64,000 nucleotides of DNA from Faecousia sp. (lineage in GTDB: Bacteria > Bacillota > Clostridia > Oscillospirales > Oscillospiraceae): assembly GCA_045540495.1 (NCBI GenBank), contig JAZQHH010000139.1, positions 16,245-80,244 on the forward strand, in the 5' to 3' direction. Below the pieces are notes generated by a model that saw nothing but the letters and a program-made list of their open reading frames with translations, had not been told where the DNA came from and searched no databases. The translations under genes and the position numbers were made by a program. Positions 29,472 through 38,183 of this stretch are shown here, in pieces; the stretch's first letter is position 1, and each line of letters opens with the position of its first letter.

Positions 29472-30395
29472 TCAACCCTCCTGGAGCCGATGGGCAAGAA
29501 TCGCCACGCCCATAGCATTATCCGTGGAATACTGAGGCTGGGCAAACACAGGCTCCAGAGGCGCCAGCACCTGCCGCAGCATGGAATTGGAGGCCACGCC
29601 CCCGGAGAAGATCACCGGCAGGCCGGGATACGCCTTTCGGGCATTCTCCGTAGCCTGATACACGGCCCCAGCCACACAGCGTAGCGCATAGGCGGCAGTT
29701 TCGGCGGAATCATTGGATTTTTCGTGGAATTGCTGCACCTTATTCTGGACACCGGACAGGGAAAACTCCAGCCCCGGGCATTTCACCTTGAACACTTCCC
29801 TCCCCTGGGCGCCCTGGCTCAGGATATCCAGATGTTTCCCGGAGGGGAAGGGCAATTTCAGCAGCTGTCCGGTACGGTCAATCAGCTGTCCGGCAGAAAT
29901 ATCCGTGGTACCGCCGATTTTGGAGCATTTGACATTTTTTTCATCCGGCTCAATCAGCAGCAGCTCCGTGGTGCCGCCGGACAAATGCCAGCCAAGATGG
30001 GGCTGTTCCAACAGATCCATCCGATTGGCGCTCCAAGCAGCGGCGGCCACATGGCCCTGCTGATGAGAAACCTCAAAAAGCGGAACTCCCAGCGCATCGG
30101 ATAAAAGCTTGGCGTGGGTGAAGCCCACCATAAAGCAGGGCATATAGCTCCCCTCCACCGCCCGTGGCCGGGTGCTGACACCTACAGCGGTGATGTTCCC
30201 CGTTTGAACATGGGAAAACAGCCTGCCGGAAAGCTCCGGCAGGCTTTTAATATGGGCAAATACCGCGTCAGATTGGCGCAGACCAAGTTCCCCTTCCTTC
30301 ACGGGCAGAAGCTTGGAATTGTTTACACCGTCGCTGCCATCGAACCAGGCGATGGAGGTGGTGTAATTACTGGTATCGAACCCGACAACGCTCAT
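29472..30395 (-). CDS. TsaD/Kae1 (glycoprotease M22)-family paralogue
   Basis: GFDTSNYTTS, HQQGH, HLSGGTT, D.S.GQ..DR, SGGVASN, DNAMG. Confidence 0.85.
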   Translation of the reverse strand: MSVVGFDTSNYTTSIAWFDGSDGVNNSKLLPVKEGELGLRQSDAVFAHIKSLPELSGRLFSHVQTGNITAVGVSTRPRAVEGSYMPCFMVGFTHAKLLSDALGVPLFEVSHQQGHVAAAAWSANRMDLLEQPHLGWHLSGGTTELLLIEPDEKNVKCSKIGGTTDISAGQLIDRTGQLLKLPFPSGKHLDILSQGAQGREVFKVKCPGLEFSLSGVQNKVQQFHEKSNDSAETAAYALRCVAGAVYQATENARKAYPGLPVIFSGGVASNSMLRQVLAPLEPVFAQPQYSTDNAMGVAILAHRLQEG

Positions 30396-30850
30396 TCTGC
30401 GGCCCCGGTGTTCAGGCTCCGGGCAAAGGAACCCAGGATACCATTGACGAAGGCGCCGGTGTCATCACCATCGTACTTCTTCGCCAGACGGACGGCCTCG
30501 GAAACGGCAACGCCGGTGGGCACATCCTCTACGTACAAAATCTCAAAAATCGCAAGCTGCATAATGGACCGGGTCAGTCGGGAAATACGGCTTACGTCCC
30601 AGCCGATGGAATACTTCTGAATTTCCCCATTCAGCTCCTCGGCCCGGTTGGCAACACCGGAAACCACCTTATCCAGATAAGCAATCTGGGGCCGGGTGGG
30701 TCGCTCGGTATAAACATCATTTTCCTCGGAGAGCTTGGTGTAGTACTCCTTAGCCAGCCGAACGGAAACGACCTGCTCCGGCTCCTCGCCGGTGAAATCC
30801 CGACCGTAAATCAGGTGAACAGCCAGCTCTCTGGCATTGGCTCTGGTCAT
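30392..30850 (-). CDS. nusB: Transcription antitermination factor NusB
   Basis: R..ARE.A, W...RI, EAV.LAKKY, FVNGIL. Confidence 0.95.
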   Translation of the reverse strand: MTRANARELAVHLIYGRDFTGEEPEQVVSVRLAKEYYTKLSEENDVYTERPTRPQIAYLDKVVSGVANRAEELNGEIQKYSIGWDVSRISRLTRSIMQLAIFEILYVEDVPTGVAVSEAVRLAKKYDGDDTGAFVNGILGSFARSLNTGAAE

Positions 30851-30859
30851 AAAATCCCC

Positions 30860-31228
30860 TTACTGGCGCACAATGCCGCAAACGTTGACATTGACGGTAA
30901 CAGCGGTAACGCCGGTCATGGAGCTGATCGCACCGATGATGGCTTCCTGCAGTGCCTTGGCCACATTGACCACACTGGCACCATAGTTAATCAGGGCATT
31001 GCACTCGATGCTCAGGTCGTCTGCCTCACCGATGGTTACCTTCAGGCCCTTGCCCCAGTTCTTCTTACCCAGCATATCGATGATATCCGCGCCGGGCTTG
31101 GCGCTCAGGCCGGCAAAGCCCTCGATATCCGTCAGCGCCTGATAGGCGATGGTTGCGATCACATCCTCAGAAATCATCACGCGGCCGTTATCCTGCACCT
31201 GAGTGATATACTGCTTATTCTCAGCCAT
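30860..31228 (-). CDS. Asp23/Gls24 family envelope stress protein (YqhY-like)
   Basis: G.V.ISEDVIA.IA, KG.KV, YG.....A..LQ, MTG..V.VNV.V; upstream of nusB. Confidence 0.9.
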   Translation of the reverse strand: MAENKQYITQVQDNGRVMISEDVIATIAYQALTDIEGFAGLSAKPGADIIDMLGKKNWGKGLKVTIGEADDLSIECNALINYGASVVNVAKALQEAIIGAISSMTGVTAVTVNVNVCGIVRQ

Positions 31229-31281
31229 GGTAAAAACCTCCTGTTATTTGACCACACATCGAGTATGGCATATTTTTATTC

Positions 31282-31310
31282 ATTATACCACGGCTATTAA
31301 AAAATTACAA
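31282..31310 (-). promoter_or_regulatory. sigA promoter of the asp23-nusB operon
   Basis: Minus strand TTGTAA-17 nt-TATAAT with TG extension. Confidence 0.6.
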
Positions 31311-31338
31311 CAAATTTTTCATCGAAAGATTGCTTTTA

Positions 31339-31890
31339 CTATACGGCCACCACGCGAATATCTGCCATAGCGTGGGCGGACTGACTCATAACGATGTCCG
31401 CGATCAATGCCACATCCTGCTCCTTCAGCCCGCCCTCCGGCGCAGCCACTGCCACAGAAATCCCGCTGTCATTCATATACGCCACGCAGTCGGCATAGCC
31501 TTTGGCAATGACCAAACTTTCGATCTGGGCTTCGCACAAGGAGGTCTGCACCAACTCCTCCAGCTGGGCCGAGGAAGTGGTAATCTCTGTTGCATCGCCA
31601 TAGGCCATGGCCTCCTGGAGCAGGCTGACGGCGCTGTCCCGGGCCTGCTGGCGGGACAGCCGCACCGCGGCGAAATAATCCGATACGGTAGAAGTGTCGT
31701 CCCCGCCGACCTGAACGGACTCTCCGTCCATAACCAGCAGATCGTCAGACATCACCTTATCCGCATCCAGTTTATCCGTCAGATTGGCGGCCTCTCCTCC
31801 GCTGTAAAGCCAATTTACGTAAATTCCGGCACAAACCGTCACCAAAACACCGGCTGCCACCATATTTTTCTTCCAATTTTTGAACTTCAT
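31339..31890 (-). CDS. spoIIIAH: Stage III sporulation protein AH
   Basis: TM ending in YVNW, YFA..RL.R...R, IE..V.AKG..DCV; last gene of the spoIIIA operon. Confidence 0.88.
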   Translation of the reverse strand: MKFKNWKKNMVAAGVLVTVCAGIYVNWLYSGGEAANLTDKLDADKVMSDDLLVMDGESVQVGGDDTSTVSDYFAAVRLSRQQARDSAVSLLQEAMAYGDATEITTSSAQLEELVQTSLCEAQIESLVIAKGYADCVAYMNDSGISVAVAAPEGGLKEQDVALIADIVMSQSAHAMADIRVVAV

Positions 31891-31907
31891 AGATAATACC
31901 TCCCATA

Positions 31908-32387
31908 TTATTTCATTTTCAGCACTGTGATCCGATCTGCCCCAAGCCCGGTGGCACTGGATACCGCCTCCACAATGGCAAGACGCACGGCAACATCCCC
32001 TGCCCCCTGGCAAACCACCACCGCGCCCCGATATTCCGGGGCTAAAACCTGCTGCACAAGCCCCTGCTGTGCCCGCTCCGCATCGGTGATCAGAACAGTA
32101 TCCGATCGCTCAGCATCCGTGTCCGTTTGATAGATCACCCGCTCTCCTGATGCTGTAGTCAGCAGCAGCTTCACCTTCCCCGCTCCCTGAATCTGGCTGA
32201 GTATCTGGGTCAGGGCTTCCGCATCGTCGGTGTAATCCAAATTTGGGGGAACAGGTTCCGTAACTGCCTCTGATTTTCCATCCGCCGGGATCAGCATCAG
32301 CGCGATACCGATTAGCAGCACCAACAAAACATAGCGGTATTTTCGCAGCAAGCCAAGGGCCTTCCCCCGCAGCCCCGTCAGATCCAT
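31908..32387 (-). CDS. spoIIIAG: Stage III sporulation protein AG
   Basis: L..IL..IQGAG.V, P...GAVVVCQGA, EAV....G...RI.V. Confidence 0.88.
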   Translation of the reverse strand: MDLTGLRGKALGLLRKYRYVLLVLLIGIALMLIPADGKSEAVTEPVPPNLDYTDDAEALTQILSQIQGAGKVKLLLTTASGERVIYQTDTDAERSDTVLITDAERAQQGLVQQVLAPEYRGAVVVCQGAGDVAVRLAIVEAVSSATGLGADRITVLKMK

Positions 32388-32851
32388 TTCTGCGCCTCCT
32401 TTTCGATCCCCAGCTCCTCCGACAGGATTCCGGCTAGCCGCCCCTTGGCGTAGGGACTGACAGCGCCGGAAATGGTAACCCCCACCGGTATCGGAAGTTC
32501 ATCCTCTGACAATGTCACATTCACCTGGACCGCCAGTCCCAGAGCCTTGGCTTTGTCCAAAATATATGCTTCTGTTTGGGTCTTTATGCTTTGCGCCAGT
32601 CCATCTCTTGTCATTTGTGAGCCCTCATCCACGGCGGCCATGGCATCGGTGGTGTAAATATCCAAAATATCTCCTATTTTGCCCACCCGAATGTCCGCGA
32701 TTGGACGAATAACAGTAAAAGTCAAAAACAGTCCTGCCATCAGCTTGGCAACTGCCCCCTGGGTCCCCTTATCCCCAAGGAGCTTGATGACGATGCCGCA
32801 GATCACCGCTCCGGCCACGATGCTGAGTATATACGAACGCAGCGCCTCCAT
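32378..32851 (-). CDS. spoIIIAF: Stage III sporulation protein AF
   Basis: Two N-terminal TM helices, position in operon. Confidence 0.8.
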   Translation of the reverse strand: MEALRSYILSIVAGAVICGIVIKLLGDKGTQGAVAKLMAGLFLTFTVIRPIADIRVGKIGDILDIYTTDAMAAVDEGSQMTRDGLAQSIKTQTEAYILDKAKALGLAVQVNVTLSEDELPIPVGVTISGAVSPYAKGRLAGILSEELGIEKEAQKWI

Positions 32852-33891
32852 TAACTGACTCCCTTCATAAAGCAGACCACACTGATGAGCAGCATCAAAC
32901 ATATCGTGCCGGTCATGGCCAGCAAAAGTCCCATGGCGCCGGACAGATCCCCCACCAGATCCGCCATGCTCTTACTGCCAAAAACAGCGCAAATAGCCGC
33001 AGTAAGTTTCAGTAATAAATATTGAATGCCGATTTTGAAAAATGGCCCCAGCGCAATTGCAAGGATCGCCAACAGTCCGTAAATTCCAACAGTATTTTTC
33101 ACCGTCCCAGCCCCCACCAAAACAGCCTCAGAAGCATCGGAAAGGATATTCCCGACCACAGGAACCATGCCGGAAATGGTCAGCTTGGTGGCTTTCAGTA
33201 CCGACTGATCTGTGGTGCCGCTGACGACGCCGGTAACGGTAATGTAACCCGTAAACACGTACAAAATCAGCTTCAGGCTCCAGGTAGAAAGCCATTTGGT
33301 TAGCCCCTGAAGCTTGGCCAAAAGCAGATTACCCAGGGCACTTTTGGCCACGGAAAGGGCGATATAAACATACACCATCGGCATCAGCACCCCGGAAATC
33401 ATGGCGCTCAGTAGGGCATTGAACAGCGCCGTACCGGTGTACAGGGCCGTGGCGGTGGTGGGCGCGCCCTGGGCCGCCGTGGCGGTGGTCATCACCGGCA
33501 GCAGCAGTTTTCCGTATTCGCTTAGGGCCTGGATCGTTTCCGAGGCGGAACCGATCATGGATGTGGCGCTTCGGAATATCAGGCAGGCCACAGCCGTGCA
33601 GCCGGCCAGCTCCACCATTTCTTTGGATGCTCCGGGAAAGGTACCCAGCATGGAACACAGCAGCACCGCCGCCATCACCGCAAGACAAATACCGCACCCC
33701 GCAGCAATATCCGGTTCCAGTGCCCCCAGGGCTTTTTTGACCACATACCACAGATCTTCCCCAAAGGTACTCTGGGTAACGGGCATCATATCCTGAGCCG
33801 ATGAAGGCGCTTCCGGTGCAGTCAGTTCAGCGGCTTTCACGGGCATTGCCGCAAAAATCAACAGTAATCCGATTATTATGAAATTTTTCAT
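32851..33891 (-). CDS. spoIIIAE: Stage III sporulation protein AE
   Basis: Signal peptide, multi-TM, VPVVG..LSDA...V......KN..G. Confidence 0.9.
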   Translation of the reverse strand: MKNFIIIGLLLIFAAMPVKAAELTAPEAPSSAQDMMPVTQSTFGEDLWYVVKKALGALEPDIAAGCGICLAVMAAVLLCSMLGTFPGASKEMVELAGCTAVACLIFRSATSMIGSASETIQALSEYGKLLLPVMTTATAAQGAPTTATALYTGTALFNALLSAMISGVLMPMVYVYIALSVAKSALGNLLLAKLQGLTKWLSTWSLKLILYVFTGYITVTGVVSGTTDQSVLKATKLTISGMVPVVGNILSDASEAVLVGAGTVKNTVGIYGLLAILAIALGPFFKIGIQYLLLKLTAAICAVFGSKSMADLVGDLSGAMGLLLAMTGTICLMLLISVVCFMKGVS

Positions 33892-34283
33892 AAGCCGCCC
33901 AAAATATCCTCCAGCAGATCCAGCAGCGCCGTCAGCAAAGGGATGGACAGCCACAAAATGGCAGCGGCAGTCAATAGCTGAACCCCTTTCCCCAAACCGC
34001 CGTTGCCCGCATCAACGCAAATGAGAGCCGCCAATTCCCCCACCAATCCCACGCCAACAGCCTTCAGTAAATTCTCCAGCATATCATGGTCCAGTTGACT
34101 CAATTCCGCCAGCTGCCGTAAAAAAGCAACCACCGGGGACAGATAAGATACTGCCAGCCCCCCAACCATACAGCAAACCCCAAGGGTCAGCAGCAGAGCC
34201 GAATCCTTCCCCTGCTTGTCCAGCACAACAGCCAGCACGCAGGCGATCAGAGCCCCTGCCGCCCCCTGCCAAAACTGCTCCAT
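33888..34283 (-). CDS. spoIIIAD: Stage III sporulation protein AD
   Basis: LLK.VG......ICxDAG motif. Confidence 0.9.
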   Translation of the reverse strand: MEQFWQGAAGALIACVLAVVLDKQGKDSALLLTLGVCCMVGGLAVSYLSPVVAFLRQLAELSQLDHDMLENLLKAVGVGLVGELAALICVDAGNGGLGKGVQLLTAAAILWLSIPLLTALLDLLEDILGGL

Positions 34284-34477
34284 CAGAAATGGAACAGGCT
34301 CTTGACCAGATCAAAGAGCTCTGCAATCTTCTGGGCCACCATCATCAGCACCACAACCAGCCCTGCCAAAGTGGTCATGGTGGCCTGCTCCTCCCTGCCG
34401 GAGCGGGACAGCACCTGATTCAGGATGGAAATAATGATACCGATGGCGGCGATCTTAAATATCAGATCAATATCCAT
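34283..34477 (-). CDS. spoIIIAC: Stage III sporulation protein AC
   Basis: MDIDLIFKIAAIGI....LNQVL..SGREEQA. Confidence 0.93.
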   Translation of the reverse strand: MDIDLIFKIAAIGIIISILNQVLSRSGREEQATMTTLAGLVVVLMMVAQKIAELFDLVKSLFHF

Positions 34478-34482
34478 AGGCA

Positions 34483-34995
34483 CTAAATAAACAGAATGAC
34501 AACTGCGGCCCCGGCGCAAAAGCCCAGCGTTTGATAGCACCGCAGCCGCTGCTGGCGATTGGTATTCAGAGCGGAAAGCTGCCGCTGGCATTCTGAACGC
34601 ACAGCCTCCAGCCCCTTAGTCTGTCCCTGCAAATCGAATCGGCCCAGACAATGGCCAAGACTGATGAGTATATTTTTCATTTCGCAGGATAGTCCTGATA
34701 CGTTATGGACGGCAGTAGCCATGCAAACAGAAACATTTGGTGCCACCTGACGATCCAGCTCGTCTGCCAAGCCGGAAAAAATGCGTCCAATCTCGCCCGT
34801 TGCTTCCTCAGCCGCGGCACGGCACAGCCCCGGTAACGGTGTCAGCCGAAATTGCAGTTCCCATTCCATATAATTGATGGCTTTTATCAGCAGGCCCAGC
34901 CGCCGTTCTTCCCGTCGGTAGGCTGCCGCCATGGAAATTCCAACTCCGCCGCAGGCCGCCACCACCAATATCGCACCGATGAACTTCATGGTCAT
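34483..34995 (-). CDS. spoIIIAB: Stage III sporulation protein AB
   Basis: N-terminal TM, E..F..TPLP, LG..D...Q, C-terminal LG...G TM. Confidence 0.88.
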   Translation of the reverse strand: MTMKFIGAILVVAACGGVGISMAAAYRREERRLGLLIKAINYMEWELQFRLTPLPGLCRAAAEEATGEIGRIFSGLADELDRQVAPNVSVCMATAVHNVSGLSCEMKNILISLGHCLGRFDLQGQTKGLEAVRSECQRQLSALNTNRQQRLRCYQTLGFCAGAAVVILFI

Positions 34996-35825
34996 GCCCT
35001 TATCCTTTCCGCCATAAAGGACTTGTCCGATCGTAAAACGATCACCGTATCAAAAACGCCGCTTTCCACCAATGGCCTGTAGATCGGTCGGGAACGCAAA
35101 TCGATCAGCGATGCTGCATGGGCCGTCGCCAGCACGTCAACGCCACACCAAAGAGCATCCATCAGTGCCTCGCAATCCCCATTGGAAGTGATCTCGTCCA
35201 CCGCGATCACCGCTGGTCCCATGGTCCGCAAAACCCGCTCAATTCCCAAATGCTTTGGACACCCGACCATGACATCCACCCGACTGCCTCTTAAAAATCC
35301 GCTGCCAGGCGGAAAGAGTTCTCCCCGCTCATCCACCACCGCTACACTTCCCTTTTCGCTGTGCAGACGGATCATATCCCGGAGCAAGGTGGTTTTTCCG
35401 CTGCCCGGAGGACCGATGATGAGCAATGATCTATCAAAATATCTTAATTCCTTGGCCAGCCCCGGAAAATCCCTTGCCACACGAACACAAAGTGAATCCG
35501 GTTTCCTGATTCCGATCATCTTTCCCTCATCCAGCACCGCATCCCCGCAAATACCAATCCGATGACCACCGGGAGCAGTGAGATACCCCTGTCCAATGCT
35601 CGAAGCAGCCCAGGGTGAATAGCGGGAAGCTGTATTGATGACGTAATTCAGGTCATTTTCAGTTACCGCCTTGTTTAACCGATGATTTTCCCCGCCGCAA
35701 ATCAATTCCGGCGGCAATCCGGACCGTAGCCGCAGCTCCTGCAATGACGCACGGCCCAACCTGTCCACATCCTCCCGGATCCATTGCGGCAAAATTGCCA
35801 GCAGTTCCTTCCAGGCGCATCTCAT
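34992..35825 (-). CDS. spoIIIAA: Stage III sporulation protein AA (ATPase)
   Basis: ELRLR, G.LT.PGGHRIGICG, PPGSGKTTLLRD, VDERGE, DEI, TAH. Confidence 0.93.
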   Translation of the reverse strand: MRCAWKELLAILPQWIREDVDRLGRASLQELRLRSGLPPELICGGENHRLNKAVTENDLNYVINTASRYSPWAASSIGQGYLTAPGGHRIGICGDAVLDEGKMIGIRKPDSLCVRVARDFPGLAKELRYFDRSLLIIGPPGSGKTTLLRDMIRLHSEKGSVAVVDERGELFPPGSGFLRGSRVDVMVGCPKHLGIERVLRTMGPAVIAVDEITSNGDCEALMDALWCGVDVLATAHAASLIDLRSRPIYRPLVESGVFDTVIVLRSDKSFMAERIRA

Positions 35826-35844
35826 TGGCATCAACTCCTGCATA

Positions 35845-35872
35845 AGCCTATGCGCCGGAATGCCGGATATGC
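35845..35872 (-). promoter_or_regulatory. sigE promoter of spoIIIA
   Basis: Minus strand GCATAT-14 nt-CATAGGCT. Confidence 0.65.
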
Positions 35873-35904
35873 AAAAAAAACAGCCGCCCCGAAGGGCGAC
35901 TGCC

Positions 35905-36648
35905 TTAGAAATCTTTACCGATGTCCGATTCGCGGATGTTGGGATTCAGATATCGGTCGGATTTAATTTTATTCTGATAACGAATGGCCTTTTTGGGGCA
36001 CCGGTGATAGCACCCAAGGCAGATCACGCACTGATCTCCAAAGGAAATCCTGCCGTTTTCCATAGAAATATTGCCCACCGGGCAAAGCTCCACGCATTTT
36101 CCGCAGGAAACGCAATACTCACTGACGGAAAAATCCTTTACGATCAAATGCCAAGTGGGCCGGTTCTGCAGATACAGTGCCTCTTTCGTCTTTTTTCGTT
36201 TTGGAATACGCCCATTTCCTGCGGCAATATGTGCGGCTACCCGATCAATGGCCTTCGGCGCAGATTTCAATGTGGCGTTTTTGTAAAACTCCGGTACAGA
36301 GAAAACCAGCGTGTAATTTTCAGGCATTTTTACCAGATAAACGCCCCGTATATCCAGGCCCTGTTCTTTGCACAGCCGATAAGTAAAGGCATCCGCGCCG
36401 CCGGACATTCCGCCATAGTTCAAAACAACCCAAACCGGAACGGATTTGGTCAACTTCGGAATCAAATCATAAACATGGACAGGCAGACCAAAGGAATAAA
36501 TCGGTGAAACAATGATAATTTCCTCAAATTCGGAACCATCGCCGGTATAGGTGGGGATATAGCGAATGTCCCCGCCAAGGGTGTTTCGCAGCCGCTGGGC
36601 AACATAGAGGCTGTTGCCTGTGGCGCTGAAATAGAAAATCCCTCTCAT
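35905..36648 (-). CDS. EFR1-family flavodoxin-ferredoxin fusion
   Basis: YFSATGNS flavodoxin-like start, MPENY, two CxxCxxCxxxCP motifs. Confidence 0.88.
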   Translation of the reverse strand: MRGIFYFSATGNSLYVAQRLRNTLGGDIRYIPTYTGDGSEFEEIIIVSPIYSFGLPVHVYDLIPKLTKSVPVWVVLNYGGMSGGADAFTYRLCKEQGLDIRGVYLVKMPENYTLVFSVPEFYKNATLKSAPKAIDRVAAHIAAGNGRIPKRKKTKEALYLQNRPTWHLIVKDFSVSEYCVSCGKCVELCPVGNISMENGRISFGDQCVICLGCYHRCPKKAIRYQNKIKSDRYLNPNIRESDIGKDF

Positions 36649-36654
36649 AACCGC

Positions 36655-37422
36655 TCACCTTTTATTCTTTTTGTAAATAATATTGAGTCCTTTTAGCAGC
36701 AAATCCTTTTCCAGGATGATTTTCCGCTTGCAAAGCGGGGTGATAAATTGGGCCATACCGCCGGTGGCAATCAAGGTCGAGCTGTGGCCCAGCTCCGCTT
36801 CGATGCGGTCCACGATGCCATCGATCATGGCGGCAGTGCCGTACATCATGCCGCTTCGCATACAGTCCACAGTGTTTTTTCCGATGACCTGCTTCGGCTC
36901 GTCCAAACTGATGCCGGGAAGCTGGGCTGCACGGCTGGTCAGGGCATCCAGAGAGAGCTTCACGCCGGGGAAAATCACACCACCAACGTAAAGATTGTCC
37001 GGCTCCACCACTTCGATGGTGGTGGCGGTGCCCATATCCATGAGGATGAGCGGCGCTTCGTACTCCGCCAGCGCAGCCACCGCAATCACAATCCGGTCGC
37101 TGCCCACCTGGGACGGCACATCCATATGGATATTCAGCCCTGTTTTCAAGCCAGGGCCAACCACCATAGGCTGTTTGCCGATTACCTTAATCACACCGGT
37201 CCGCACGGAATTGAACACTGGCGGCACAACTGAGGAAATAATACAGTCGGAAATATCCGACCGCTGAATCCCAAAGGCCTCCAGCATATTTTTGATTTCC
37301 ACACCATACTGATCCGAAGTCCGGATAGGATCGGTGGCGATCCGGGCCTTGTAAATAATTACGTCATCCCGGATACAACCGATGACAATATTGGTATTGC
37401 CGATATCGATAGCTAACAGCAT
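36655..37422 (-). CDS. coaX: Type III pantothenate kinase
   Basis: IDIGNTN, SSVVP, GSDR, D.GTATT, GG.I.PG, ATGG. Confidence 0.95.
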   Translation of the reverse strand: MLLAIDIGNTNIVIGCIRDDVIIYKARIATDPIRTSDQYGVEIKNMLEAFGIQRSDISDCIISSVVPPVFNSVRTGVIKVIGKQPMVVGPGLKTGLNIHMDVPSQVGSDRIVIAVAALAEYEAPLILMDMGTATTIEVVEPDNLYVGGVIFPGVKLSLDALTSRAAQLPGISLDEPKQVIGKNTVDCMRSGMMYGTAAMIDGIVDRIEAELGHSSTLIATGGMAQFITPLCKRKIILEKDLLLKGLNIIYKKNKR

Positions 37423-37426
37423 AACA

Positions 37427-38035
37427 TCATCTCCTGGAAAGAACGACTTGATTCAGCACTCTGCCGATCACGCCAACAGCGGCGGTGGCGGCGATCATTT
37501 CGACCACCGCATTGATGCCCACAAAACCGCAGATAAACAGGATCACATTCTTGCCGCCGATCAGGTCCTGCATATATTCCGTATTGCCGAACAGTAAAAC
37601 CAGTGCCAGCATAAACAGTACCGTGTTCAAAAGCGCGGCACAGAAGCCGGTGACAAATCCGGCGGTGGTGCTGCCCAACAGCTTTTTGATACCGATGTAA
37701 AGATAACCGGATACCAATCCTGCCAACAATCTGGGCACAAACCGCTGGACAAACGCCAAAAACGGATTAATTTCAAACAAAATCACGCCCATGGCGCTGG
37801 TGCCGCCAATGCCCATGCATTGTAAGAAGCTGGTAATGCCAAACATACCGCCCAAAACCATGCCCCCAACAGGGCCCAAAGCCATGGCTCCGATGCCCAC
37901 CGGGATCATGTTCAAAGAAATGGCCAGCGGCCCGATATTTAGATACCCCAGCGGTGTGAAGGACATAATCAGCAAAATGGCGCAGAGCATCGCCAGGGTC
38001 ACCATCTCGCGGGTGCCGAATGAATGATGTTTCAT
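37427..38035 (-). CDS. panT: ECF transporter S component, probably pantothenate-specific
   Basis: FTPLGY, IPV, G..FG..SF, PR, NT.LF; co-transcribed with coaX and divergent from coaBC. Confidence 0.8.
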   Translation of the reverse strand: MKHHSFGTREMVTLAMLCAILLIMSFTPLGYLNIGPLAISLNMIPVGIGAMALGPVGGMVLGGMFGITSFLQCMGIGGTSAMGVILFEINPFLAFVQRFVPRLLAGLVSGYLYIGIKKLLGSTTAGFVTGFCAALLNTVLFMLALVLLFGNTEYMQDLIGGKNVILFICGFVGINAVVEMIAATAAVGVIGRVLNQVVLSRR

Positions 38036-38050
38036 ATTCAATAACCTCCT

Positions 38051-38078
38051 GCTGCCGTTCCCTTCTGGGATACAGCGC
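38051..38078 (-). ncRNA. Candidate pan-motif cis-regulatory RNA hairpin
   Basis: GC-GCUGU-A-UCCC-AGAA-GGGA-ACGGC-A-GC: a stem with one bulged A on each side, between TATAAT and the RBS of panT. Confidence 0.55.
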
Positions 38079-38085
38079 TGGTATC

Positions 38086-38157
38086 ATTATACCACGGATG
38101 ATACAATAACACAAGCCAAAATCAGCCCTTTACTTCGGGGGGAATCTCGGCTATAAT
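38086..38157. promoter_or_regulatory. Divergent sigA promoters of panT-coaX and coaBC
   Basis: Minus strand TTGTGT-17-TATAAT (38114-38086); plus strand TTTACT-17-TATAAT (38129-38157). Confidence 0.6.
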
Positions 38158-38183
38158 GTACTAAAAAAAGAGGTGAATGAACG

